A DNA stretch of 64,000 bases from Schmidtea polychroa (Eukaryota), in contig CM097885.1 in assembly GCA_044892525.1 (NCBI GenBank), positions 2,172,001 through 2,236,000 on the forward strand. The letters run 5' to 3'. Below, piece after piece: positions 41,150 through 52,533 of the stretch. Each line of letters starts with the position of its first letter. Within the stretch, counting starts at the first letter, position 1. A program made the translations under genes and the position numbers. The notes beneath the pieces were generated by a model. The model did not search any database. It was not told the DNA's origin and was given only the letters and a program-made list of their open reading frames with translations.

Positions 41150-44100
41150 TTAATCTTGTAGATGTTGATTGATGAGATCGGGATCTGCTCCTGATTGAAT
41201 ATCATTATCGTCATTATCAATGACATCAACCCCTAAATAATGACCATATGCAAAACTAGAGTTTTTCTCTACCCAAGCTCTTTTATCATCATGATTAGTT
41301 AAAGCAATCTTTGAGTTTTTAAAGGTAAAAAGCTGATGATTTCGGGTTCCTATTCTAGTCTGAGGTACAGAAATAACTGTGTTGTTGTTGTAACAGTCTA
41401 AATAAGATTGATGTTTTATATCTGTACCTGGTAATTTTACGCCCTTAGCTCTCATAGTAGATTTATTTCCTAAAAGACTGTAGCACTTTGGTCGCAAGAA
41501 AACCCACTCACTATATCCTACACCCTTACTCTCATCCTTAAACTTTCCTATAACTGAGTCGAGTCTCCTAGAATATAAAGGATGAGAGGGATCATAATTT
41601 GAGGTGTCTAACAAGTCATCCGAAATCATCGCTGGCAAAAGAACGTCAAGCTTTACATTTTTGACCTCTAAGAAGAAACTATCGGTATCACCCGCAACTA
41701 TATTTATATCACAGTTAAACTGACTCCTATATTTTGATAATTCTATGTACTGTAATTGATACATCCTTAGTTTGGATAAATCCAGCACTGATTGTCCGAT
41801 GTAGCTGGGTCTATCCAAACATATAGACTCCTTATTGAGATGTACACCAAAAAGATCATCATCAATTTTGATGGTTTTTCTAAATGATGGTTTTGATGAA
41901 TATGTAATTAATTTTTCCGCGGAATTACATAGTCGTAAATTTAATCTCTTCTTAAGGTTTTCAACGGATTTACCGTACAAGCTATTATTATACAATTTGA
42001 ATAAATCTCTGTACAGTTCACTGCTTGCTTCAGCTCTTAGCTGTGTATTTTTATTTATATAATTTTTAAAAATCGGTGCTTGCTTGAATTTTGTAGCTCT
42101 ATGGATGTGTACAACTTTGGCACCAAGAGACAAATAAAGCTTGAGAAGCCTCCAATGAAGAACATGGTTCTTCTTTGGCCAATGCGTGAGCATCAACTTC
42201 TCAACTTTCGAACCAGGCGGGCACATTTTCTCAGGAGCAAGAGGAAAGTCATTTAAGAAATCATGAAAAATTTCTGGAATATCTATATCCACTTCTATGG
42301 TATAACCATAGGGAAGGATTTCAATGTCAGCATTCATGCACTCAAGCAATACATCATTCAATCCATCATACACCCAAGTGAAATCAGCAAAAGGAAGATT
42401 TTGGCTAAGAGCCCAACCATACAGATTATTTATATCAATATATAATAATTCTGTATTATCAGAAGCAGCAACGTAATGTTTGTTAACAAATGTTAACCCA
42501 CCACGTATTCCTCCTTCGTAAAAATTGAACATTTCCATGTCCTGTAAAAGTTCTATAGGCTCAGTTAATGTCATAAGCGCTGAGGCCCATGACATACCCG
42601 GAATACCATAAAAGTTTAGAGGTTCTAGACCATTGTATGCAATGGCCTTGGCACGGAATTGTTGGAAATAGTCCGCAAGGAGGAATACATCCAATTTTTG
42701 ATAAGTTAACATATAGTCAGCCAATTTAGTACAACGTTGTTGAGTCCAAATAAGTTGAGCCTTAGCATACTCATCTTCAGTAACACCAGACCAAATAGGA
42801 GGCAATTCATAAGTGGTTTCAAGTACATCCAAATCAGTCGCATAATCATAAGGAAATATGGCTTTAGCATCTATTATTAACCTATCAAAAACCGACGAAG
42901 TCAAAGGAAGATCAGTTAGAGTTTTTACAGCCTTAGCCAAAGAACAATTAACAAATTGTATGCTGTCGATAAAACGAACAGCTAATTTTTTAATGTGAAC
43001 AATCATCGAGATAAATTTCTCTGTGCTTGTGGGTATTATATTCAAATTCCAAGAAGGAAAGCCATTGAGACCATATTTTAAAATATGGTGTAAGTCGTAG
43101 CCTCGTAAATTATGAAATACAATCGGCAGCTGTTTATAAATTCTGCGAGCCATATTACATTTCCTACAGGCTGCACCGAGATAATTACCAGTAAAATGGT
43201 CATGATCTCGAACAGCAAGGGATAAAACCTTCTTGCAAAGATAGCAGTTCCTACAAGATTTGAATTGTCGTTCCTCAGCAAAAGTCATAGGTCCTAACCG
43301 TTTTTTCCCTTCAAGCTCATAATAAGGTAGGACAATTGTGACAGCAATTTCCTCTACTTTTTTAAGAAATTGAGGTATACAATCAGGACCATAAAACTCG
43401 TAATACGATTTTCTATTGTTAAGATTATTTATTAATAAAAGACCTGCTGAAATAGGTAAATGTATTTGATGATGTTTAACATCTTTAGGTAAAACCGATT
43501 CAAAATCGGCATAAATAACAAAGGGTGGGGTGATTCTCTTTGAATGATTTTGAAACTCTAAATATTTATTTTCGGGTAAAGTGTAAAGGGTTGTACCCGT
43601 TTGATTTTTACTGCATAGGGCCACATGTTTAGTGAAAGCATTGTCTAATCGAAAACCGTTAAGACAATGTGGGCACCATTTGCATCTTATTTGAATACTA
43701 CAGTCATTATTACGATGGCAGTTCATTAAACGTGTAATGTTGGTCACTGCGGTGTAATGATAATTATCCTTATTTTCCAAGAGTAATAAATAAATTGGAG
43801 TACCGATAGTAACCGTTGATCTGTGAATTATACTTAAGTGGGGGTGTTTAAAAACATAGTCATTAGGAACCTGATCATCATCAACTATCACAGTAGGGGT
43901 ATAAGCCAGAACATTTATGGCAAGATTTAAGTCTAAATTTTTCTTTTCGAATTTAGGTATATTACACAATTTCATCGGACAATCCGTGACTTCATTGTAA
44001 TTAAGAATATTTAAAAGATTTTCATATTTTGAAACTCTTTCAGGGTGGCTACCTATTTCATCTTTTTTCAAGAGCGCGAGAATACTATAAAGGAAACACT

Positions 44101-45227
44101 TATGATCCTTATTTTTAACATTAATAATTGCTCCTTTAGATTTCAAATCTGCGGGTGTACGAATGTAACTATGACCAGATAGGCGACAAATAGGAGCAAA
44201 TTTAGTCAGAATGAAATCAATCTCTAAGATATTAATTACTCTCCAGCCACTACCTAAATAGGTAAACTTTTCAATTTTTTCGTTTAACTTATTAACTCCC
44301 TCAATTAAAAAGTTATCCGAAAAGATCTCCGCGTTATTTGAAAAGTAGTTGTCACGGATTTCCCCATCTTTTTCAAATCTTATAAGAATAGCGAATTGAA
44401 TTTTGACGCTACCCATGTTATTTATTTCAGATGTTAACTTTTCAGTGATTTTATCCGTTATTATAATTTTAATTAATTGTGAATCGGCAATATTAAATCG
44501 AATAGTTCGAATGGCGCCATTTAAATTTGATTCTATTATCGGCTCAATCGCTAAAGATGATCCACCTATTTGATTTATAGTATTTATAGTATTATCATTA
44601 TTTATATTTTCATTTATAGCATTTATAATATCATGATTTATAGTATATGTAATATTATTACATTCGTCATCACTGAGTAGAATGACTTCATTTTTAATAA
44701 TTTCGTCGTCACTGATCTCAATAACTTCAGTTTTTATAATTTTATTTTTAATTTTAGACACCCTATGTTCAGCAGGTCTTTTATTAGATTTCTTTTTTGT
44801 GTTATTATTTAAAATATTTACAATTTCAATGTTATTCTTATTTATTATTTTAAACAGTTCTTGTTTATTTGTTTTGAAAGAATTTAAGTGCTGAGAATGT
44901 TGACTATAAAATTCCTTATACCTTACACTCTGGGAAGTTTTGCATATGGGGCAAATAAAAAAGTTGATGCCATTAAAAGGTTGGCGATAATATTTCTTCA
45001 TATTTTTGTGGCATTTATTGTCATGACCCATAGACGAATTACAATATTTAGGATAAAATTTGCCTAATAAAAGTTAAATAATTATTTATTGAATGAAAAT
45101 GTATTATTTATTTAATAATAATAATAATAATAATAATAAATGTAATTTAATCTTTCATTTAAAATTTGTCTATAATATTATCAACTATAAAATAATTAGT
45201 TAATGTTAAATAATGCTAAGTTATTAA

Positions 45228-45317
<90 letters not shown>

Positions 45318-45950
45318 TACTACTACTATTACAATTACTATTATAATTATTACTATTACAATTACTATTTTAATGATAACTGAAATAATTTACATAAAGT
45401 TATATTTACATTATATTTACATAAAATCTATATTATTATTAAGTTATTAATTAATTAAAAACTATATATTAATAAAATGAAACATACATTTTGATTCGTT
45501 ATTCGAAACTGAGTCCCCAATAGGGATGGGAGCATTCAAATTATACGCAACGGAGGTATCCACTACTGCGGCATTTATTATTGGAAAATTCTTGTTATGA
45601 GAAACAGAAGATTCTAAAATGTTAATGGTAATACAATTTTAATTAAACTAATAAATTACCATTTTGGAATATGTTTGAAATATCTAATATGTCGTCATTT
45701 TCGGTAATTGCGGCCCAATCACCAAAATAATTGTCTAAATAATAAAGATAATAATAATAATTAAAGTATTTATAATAATTATAAATATACCATTTCCATC
45801 ATTTCCAGAACCTAATCGCCTATTGAAGACTGACGAGTTAACGGTACGAGTTTCTAATTGTAAATTTAATTATTTAATATAAATAAATAAATAAAAATCC
45901 TTACCATTTCTCGAAAGAACCACATTGATTTTAGTATTAATTGATGACAT
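41150..45950 (-). CDS. Protein-primed family B DNA polymerase (pPolB), 5 exons, ~1407 aa
   Basis: Exo motifs IYADFES, FHNLRGYD, YQKLDV; pol motifs YIDINNLYGWA, KLYNNSLYGK, GDTDSF; EndoVII-like insert CYLC..RDHDHFTG..GAACRKCN. Exons 45950-45905, 45853-45791, 45734-45660, 45613-45488 and 45063-41150 splice in frame via GT-AG. Confidence 0.95.
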
Positions 45951-46114
45951 TTTAAAATTGTAATAAAATAATTATGATGAAATTTGTATTACAATTGTTT
46001 ATAACGTGATAATATGCCTTTGTTAATCATGCACGGAGCATGCACCGTTCATGACGGACTTTGTTATTATTGTAATAATATAAAACATAATAATAATTAT
46101 AAAAATAATAAAAC

Positions 46115-46155
<41 letters not shown>

Positions 46156-46206
46156 ACATAATAATAATTATAAAATAATAAAAACACATTTTTATAAAAA
46201 CATTTA

Positions 46207-46582
46207 TTATTTAATAGACATAAGCCATCCTAAACAATGTTGTCCGCACGTACGAGTTAAAGGGTGTTGATACATTGTTTTATTATATACAATAGGTTTG
46301 CCCATTGTTTGTAGTTTCGAAACCAATAAAGCAGGATAATAGAAACCCATAGGATCGAATACATGTATCTTATCTGGTTTCATATAGATTGCAATCCAAT
46401 GCTCTCCGCCGAGATGAGATGAATGGGTATTGACGATTATGGCTTGATTATTTTTCAAAAATGGTATTTTATCGAGAGGAAAACTCCTAAAAATTCATTT
46501 CCTAATATTTGTTTTCCAATTCGATTAACCTGAACAGAACTATTTTAATAAATTAAACAGTATAAAAAACAACTTACTCCAT
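46207..46582 (-). CDS. Adenain-like cysteine maturation protease; one intron (46540-46577) and a 1-nt frameshift at 46480-46483
   Basis: Reconstructed MDSVQVNRIGKQILGNEFLGVFPLDKIP..IVNT..GEHWIAIY..FDPMG..YQHPLTRTCGQHC (catalytic H, D, Q, C). An in-frame upstream ATG lies at 46609. Confidence 0.9.
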
Positions 46583-46609
46583 GACAACTTTCTGTATTTC
46601 TGTATACAT

Positions 46610-47831
46610 TTATACCAGAACCGTTCTATTTGCAGTAATTTGAACTTCATTTTCAAATACTCCATATATTATAACATGCACAGGTTCTGTAATAGCTTTT
46701 GCAAACTTTATATCTAATCGTAAATTTCCATTTTGAGGTAATTGACTCTGATTCAAATCAAAATCTGGGGCCAAAACAAATGTAAAGAATGGATATTTGG
46801 TTTTGAATTCTTCAAGAGTTATGCCGCAATTCAAATTTTTATCTAAATATCCCATATTTCTAACAATACTCTGCATATATGTAGCACAGTAATTGTCACT
46901 ATCGAAATCTTGAGTATATGTTTCTCGATAATCAGTATTTTTCGACAAAGTTAGAGATGTAACACCAAAGGTTTTGAAAATTGAGCTTGAGGCACTATAT
47001 GAACCATTATATTGTGCTTCACCTTGAAATGTTACCAGAATAAAGTTTGGCATTCTTCTATCTCCAAATATTTGTTCCTTATAGAAGGAAGAAGCACCTT
47101 TGGCTATTGCAAATGAAACAATTTCTTTTTTTTTCAGAGGATAGATTGCATGCTTAGAATTAAGACCCAACTGATGACCTGCTAATACCGACGGATCAAC
47201 TCGAACTCTTCTTACTAGTAATTTTGCATCAACTAATTGACATATTGGTTGACCAGCACCACTAGTTAATGATAAAGAAGAATCGGTTCTTTTCAGTCTA
47301 ATGTGTACATTGACTCCTGGAAGTAAATATTTTGGTTGATCCATAAAATCGAGTTGTAATGATGAACACATGGTGAAAATCTTTGAGCCTTTAATCCATT
47401 TTTTCCGTTCGTCATCACTTGCTGCATAACCCATAGGAGTAAGACATGTATTTTTGGTGTCGGTATTATAATTTAAAAGTTTCTATTATCGCCTTGTGGA
47501 TATATGTATTGTTGCCACCTTCAATCTTGATATTATTAAATCCAAGAATAGCATCTTTAAAAAGTGTATGAAACAAAAAATTATTAGGTATTGTAGCATC
47601 AGCATCACCCAAAGCCTTTTTATCTTTATCTATAACCTTGATTTGAACAGTCAATAAAGTATCATTCAAATCTAAATATTCTGTTTGAGAACCATTGATG
47701 TAAAATTCTACATCATTTCTACTATCGGTAATTGAATTCATAGGAAAAACTTCCTCAAATGCCCCAAATTCTATTACAGCCTGGGGCGATGGTCTATCAA
47801 ATATGCATAATTCAGATTTACCACAAATCAT
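46610..47831 (-). CDS. Double jelly-roll major capsid protein (PY) with a frameshift at ~47475-47478
   Basis: KSELCIF N-terminus, VEFYING..YLDLNDT, NTYIHKAIIET/LNY, DFMDQPKYLLPGV, GNLRLDIKFAKA..VIIYGVFENEVQI. The two ORFs join at a T-run. Confidence 0.92.
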
Positions 47832-48196
47832 TTTGCAAATATAGTTCCATGTCCTTTCATTCGTTTGTTTATACGTGATATTCCATGTCTTTTACGTTTT
47901 GGAGCTGGAGCTGGAGCTGGAGGTTTTTCTTTTTGAAACATACCTGCAACCCCGGGTAAAACTTTCCCTAATTCAGCTAAAGCATTTGATTTTAGAGATG
48001 GTAATATTTTCTGTTCATTCATAATAACATCTTTTGCAGTTTTCATACCAAAACTACCAATACGTTTAAGAATAGGCAATGCAAATCTACCAATTGTTCT
48101 CAACCATCCCGATCCGTACTGTTTACCAATAAAATATGGTAATTCACCGCCAGATTGGCTATCACTATACATACTAATAATATCAGAATTAGCCAT
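47828..48196 (-). CDS. Conserved Polinton virion protein (PW/gasderminX-type) with amphipathic helix
   Basis: QSGGELPYFIGKQYGSGWLRTIGRFALPILKRIG motif, basic C-terminus, located between mCP and MCP. Confidence 0.75.
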   Translation of the reverse strand: MANSDIISMYSDSQSGGELPYFIGKQYGSGWLRTIGRFALPILKRIGSFGMKTAKDVIMNEQKILPSLKSNALAELGKVLPGVAGMFQKEKPPAPAPAPKRKRHGISRINKRMKGHGTIFAK

Positions 48197-49232
48197 CTAC
48201 TTTACGAAAATGTAATGTCAAATGAGTTTTTGAACCTTTTGGAAAGTTTATAAGTTTTCCACTATCATCACGAATATTTATTTCTATATTGTTTATACAT
48301 GAACTTGCTATTGGTAAATACATGGGATTATCGATATTTATATTGACAACTTCATCATGTTCATATTTTCCAATCCATACCGATTTCAAAAGAGGAACAC
48401 TGGAATCACCAACAATTATGGGTTCGATAATGTTAGTATATATGAACATTTGTTGATGATGTTCTAGTATTCTTGGTTTGCGTATACCAGTCGATTTTTC
48501 TCTATATTTTTGCTTATCTAATCCAAGTGAATTTGCCAAATTTTTATCAAATGTAACTTCGCAAATATCCTCATTCAAACTGAAGGTAAACATCAAATCT
48601 TTCACAATTTCCAAATTTTTAAATATGTGTGAACAATTGAACTTTAAATATTTAAGTAATACATCAAGTTTATCAAAATATAATTCATCAGCAAAGGTGA
48701 ATGATTCTTCAACTTCATCATTATACGACACAGATATTTTGATTTCTTCTTTCACTATACTGTTTGCTTCAAATAGATTAAAACGTAATAAATACTCGGT
48801 CTCCATAACAATATTTTTCAGCTTATTGCAACCCATTCGTTTGGCATCTTCAATAGTTTCGAATGTTATTGTAAATGGTTTAAAATCACAACTGATATTT
48901 AATCCATCCTTGTAAAATATATAGCAATGCGAATCTAATATTTGGTTCGGAATATGATATGTTTTATCATAATTACTGATAATAAAGATACCGCTACATG
49001 TTTTCACAATATTCCTTTTGAAATCAATCTTACATTGACTATAAAATGGGAATGTGTTGTACACGAATGTAAAATCTTGCAGTGCAACTTCCCAGTCACC
49101 ATTTAAAGAAATCGGATTCTGGAGATTGACCATAAATTTACTGGCTTGATTGTCTAGATGAATTAATGGGCAACTATTGCTCGGTAAAATAGTATAAAAA
49201 TTCACTTTACTAGGTCCTTTGCTGATATCCAT
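48189..49232 (-). CDS. Single jelly-roll minor capsid/penton protein (PX)
   Basis: FYTILPSN..DNQASKF..LQNPISLNGDWEVAL; MFIYTNIIEPIIVGDSSVPLL; IEINIRDDSGKLINF..LTLHFRK. Start at ATG 49232 (or 49256). Confidence 0.92.
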   Translation of the reverse strand: MDISKGPSKVNFYTILPSNSCPLIHLDNQASKFMVNLQNPISLNGDWEVALQDFTFVYNTFPFYSQCKIDFKRNIVKTCSGIFIISNYDKTYHIPNQILDSHCYIFYKDGLNISCDFKPFTITFETIEDAKRMGCNKLKNIVMETEYLLRFNLFEANSIVKEEIKISVSYNDEVEESFTFADELYFDKLDVLLKYLKFNCSHIFKNLEIVKDLMFTFSLNEDICEVTFDKNLANSLGLDKQKYREKSTGIRKPRILEHHQQMFIYTNIIEPIIVGDSSVPLLKSVWIGKYEHDEVVNINIDNPMYLPIASSCINNIEINIRDDSGKLINFPKGSKTHLTLHFRKVDG

Positions 49233-49831
49233 GACGGGTTTTGATAACCATGCCATTTGACATAGTATTGTTTATCCTTGCCGACCTTTTTAGTTTTCAA
49301 TATTATTTGAATTCTAAATACCTTTGGAGGAGGAATGACTTGTAATTCCTGCCCATAAAATTTCCCTTGTACAATATTATTATCACTGTCTTTGATGACA
49401 TACATTACAGGATTCTGTTTAGTATTTATTTTTGAAATTACAAAGACTTCATCACTCCAATTTGTATCAAAATTTTTAATAAATGGTGATGCACTAATTT
49501 TACTAATTCTAACATGATCACCGACTTTATATTTAGGTTTTGCAATTTTTACAGATTTCTTAGAATAGAATGTTTTTGATGTAATATCAACCGGTCTTAA
49601 TCCATTCAGTCCTCGATGTGATGAATGATTATAACTTGTTATTATTTTCGGTAAAGCATTTACCCATTTTTTATTACCTTGATGCACGAACAATTTCTTT
49701 AATCTATCTCTCAATGTTCGATTAAATCTTTCAACATGGGCAGCTTTGTATTGAGAATGTACCGAGTAGTGATTTATTTTCAGTTTATCGAGGATTAGCT
49801 TAACTTTGCTATTGTAGAATTCTTTACCTAA

Positions 49832-49914
<83 letters not shown>

Positions 49915-50302
49915 CCAAATCTGTTTGCAAGTTATTAGGATGTCCATCTTTAAATAAAATATTAATTGCCTTGGACATTTCATCTGCAGATTTTGCCTTG
50001 ACTGGTATTGCTCGTGCAAACCTGCTGGTTACATTAATACATGTTAAAATATATTTATTCCCATTGTTAATTTTCGAATAGGGTATCATCTCCATCAAAT
50101 CCATTTGCCATAAATCGTCAATACCAAATGTTTTATAGGCTCTTGTTGGAAATCTTTTCCGCATTGGTTTGTTCAAACTGTACGCAAGCTGATCTGATAA
50201 CCACTTCTGGGTTTCTTTTTTCGAATTCGGAACTCTTTTCTTTAATTTTGCCACTCCATCGAAACCGGCTTCGTCTTCTGGGTTCGTCCAAATCTTCTCC
50301 AT
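49202..50302 (-). CDS. Retroviral-like DDE integrase with C-terminal chromodomain; 87-nt intron 49828-49914 (337 aa spliced)
   Basis: WQMDL, LQTDLG|KEF, VERFNRTL, YNHSSHRGL, YYVKWHGY..SWI. The poly-Ile insert is a GT..AG (ATT)n intron. Confidence 0.95.
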
Positions 50303-50360
50303 TACAGCAAGAAGATTTAAAATTAAAATTTAAATTAGGTAATGAAGGATTAGCACCCAT
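50133..50360 (-). CDS. Small overprinted ORF with N-myristoylation motif (hypothetical)
   Basis: MGANPS (G2, S6), SSCC and basic RRRSRFR; ATG 3 nt after the upstream stop; overlaps the integrase in another frame. Confidence 0.45.
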   Translation of the reverse strand: MGANPSLPNLNFNFKSSCCNGEDLDEPRRRSRFRWSGKIKEKSSEFEKRNPEVVIRSACVQFEQTNAEKISNKSL

Positions 50361-50363
50361 TGT

Positions 50364-50897
50364 TTATGATTGATTTCCTACAACTCCACCTAATAATGAT
50401 AATGCCAGAGGTATCAATGCACCAATAAATCCACCTTGTTGTTTATATATAATTTTCCTCATTTGCTTACGATTTTTATTATTTACTAATGATAACAAAG
50501 TTTTCCTATGTTTGCTCAATAAATGCTTTTTTGATTTACTGATTTTAATTTTGCCTTTGACTACTTTAAGTATAATATTGAGTAAATCATTGACAACAAA
50601 ATTTGGGAATGATTGCAATATATTCATTCTTTTCATACTCGGGGCCTTTAACAATGCATTAAAAAATGGAAAACTGCGATGATTTTTAATTACTTTTTTA
50701 CCGGCTTTACGGGTTTTACGGGTTTCACGTTTAGGTTTAGGATTTTTCGAAATAAGATTCATTGCAGAGAAATTTTCAGTTACAAGTTTTTTAGATGGTG
50801 TATAACTAGTTGTTGGTGGAACCTTTTGAACTTTAATACTCTTTTTAATACTTTTTCTTAATTTCCTAATATTTTTCACCCTTGCTTTTAGAAACAT
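50364..50897 (-). CDS. Lys-rich core protein with adenovirus pX/Mu-like C-terminus
   Basis: Highly basic body ending KQQGGFIGALIPLALSLLGG, resembling adenovirus pX GG/ILPLLIP. Confidence 0.75.
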   Translation of the reverse strand: MFLKARVKNIRKLRKSIKKSIKVQKVPPTTSYTPSKKLVTENFSAMNLISKNPKPKRETRKTRKAGKKVIKNHRSFPFFNALLKAPSMKRMNILQSFPNFVVNDLLNIILKVVKGKIKISKSKKHLLSKHRKTLLSLVNNKNRKQMRKIIYKQQGGFIGALIPLALSLLGGVVGNQS

Positions 50898-50915
50898 TAT
50901 TATTCATAGAGGTTT

Positions 50916-51542
50916 TCAACTTTGTTTATAAACCATGGCACCTTTTGGGTTGAAAATATCTGTTTTTACTCGTAAATCATCGGGACATTGTTGTGTGAAA
51001 TCAAGAAATATATATCCATGAGGTATTTTTGTAGCATCTTGAAATGCACTGATAAGAAAATTACGATTGTTAGGGTATGCTTGACGTGCAAGAAAATCAA
51101 TCACTGTTGCATCTCTAGGATTCTTGAAAATAACTAAATATTGTACATTTAAATTACGTGTTCGATGTGCACCACCTTGATGAAATAGATTTTGAGTTAT
51201 AAAAATAACAGTTACACCAACGTGTCTACTGATTTTGGTAAATAAATTATTGAAATTCTTTTCTTTATTAGCTTCTTGATACAAGTCATCAATAATTATG
51301 ACATCCCCCTTCTTTAGTCTACTGGACCAATTTTTATCAAATCCCTCTACTATTTTCATATTTTTCAATTTACAGAAACTTGATTGAGTCAATCCGTGTT
51401 CTTGATCAGCACCTCGATGCCAATACATTTTGTTAAATTTTGATTCAAATAAATGTGATTTTAGTAATTTGCAAACAAACAAAGTTTTGCCGCTACCACT
51501 TGGTCCGACTATTTGATATACAGCATCATTTCTTAGTTCCAT
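50916..51542 (-). CDS. A32/FtsK-HerA family DNA-packaging ATPase
   Basis: Walker A GPSGSGKT, Walker B IIIDD, SRH..VIFITQNLF, YLVIFKNPRD. Confidence 0.95.
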   Translation of the reverse strand: MELRNDAVYQIVGPSGSGKTLFVCKLLKSHLFESKFNKMYWHRGADQEHGLTQSSFCKLKNMKIVEGFDKNWSSRLKKGDVIIIDDLYQEANKEKNFNNLFTKISRHVGVTVIFITQNLFHQGGAHRTRNLNVQYLVIFKNPRDATVIDFLARQAYPNNRNFLISAFQDATKIPHGYIFLDFTQQCPDDLRVKTDIFNPKGAMVYKQS

Positions 51543-51666
51543 TTTTAATATTTATTTAAAAATTAATTTTGTTTATATCGTAAAGAATAAATTGATTTAA
51601 TTACTCTATAATATAACATATATATATATATATATATATACTTGATTTTTTAAATATTCAGTAGAA

Positions 51667-52172
51667 ATGTTGACAAATATTAATTATAGAGGTCGTGTGT
51701 CTTTGGAAACTGTTGGTATGATGAATTTCCCCAAGTGTAAACCACAACAATATGTTGACAAAACTGGAAAATATACTATTATATTTTTCAAAAATGGTAA
51801 ATGTCGTATAATGGGTTGTAAGAAGCCTATCGAATTCGAGAATTTGCAATATAATATCAAAGATATTCAAGTCTTACTATAGCTACCAAGGTTGAACAAT
51901 CTATTAATTTGAATAATTTAGCAAAGTTATTAGATGGAGATTGTATATATGAGCCTGAATTATTTCCCGCTCTGCGTTATACAAAATATAATCCACTATG
52001 TGTTAATATATTTTCGAGTGGTAAAATAGTTGTACTAGGTATTAAAAATTTAGATTTTCATACTATTGTTGAAGGAATTATAAACGATGTAAAGGATTTG
52101 ATTGGATCTTTAACAATTTCTTCAAATATAAGTAACGAGGATTTGCTTGAATATTTATTCAACAATGATTGA
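51667..52172 (+). CDS. TATA-binding-protein (TBP)-like protein, ~168 aa, with a frameshift at ~51870
   Basis: Repeat 1: LTNIN..TIIFFKNGKCRIMGCK. Repeat 2: IQSLTIATKVEQSINLNNLA..YEPELFPALRY..PLCVNIFSSGKIVVLGIK. Compare TBP IQNMV..IRLEGL..YEPELFPGLIY..LLIFVSGKVVLTGAK. Confidence 0.88.
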
Positions 52173-52533
52173 ACATGAAGGTAACTGTTTTTATTTTAAA
52201 TTTACTGATTTTTGTTTAGAAACTATACTAAAAATTTTGATTGATAAAATTGAAGATTTTTATCCGAATTTGAACAATTCCTTAATGTATTGTGCTCCAG
52301 AAGTTGTGTTTTACAAAATTTATGAAATAACTGGAATAAATGTAATAGATTTAATTCATATGGATCATGCTACGATTACATGTTATACCGATGATGTTGA
52401 AAATTGTGATTTTTGTAAAAATAATATGCAGAATACTTGTGGGGATGATAGTTGTACATGTTTTGTAAATCTACAGAAACGAGAAATAATTCATGCATTA
52501 CTTGTGGAATTGCGAAAAAATGTATTGTTGTAA
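52165..52533 (+). CDS. Hypothetical Cys/His-rich protein, possible Zn binder
   Basis: ATG 52165 overlaps the TBP-like 3' end; H..TC..CDFC..C...SCTC cluster; AATAAA right after the stop. Confidence 0.6.
   Translation: MIEHEGNCFYFKFTDFCLETILKILIDKIEDFYPNLNNSLMYCAPEVVFYKIYEITGINVIDLIHMDHATITCYTDDVENCDFCKNNMQNTCGDDSCTCFVNLQKREIIHALLVELRKNVLL

Noticed and set aside
41835..50861. Plus-strand ORFs antisense to pPolB, mCP, INT and the pX-like gene
   Set aside because: Shadow ORFs without motifs or credible starts.
51871..51882. 12-nt GT..AG micro-intron to repair the TBP-like gene
   Set aside because: Too short and does not restore the frame; a small indel explains the break.
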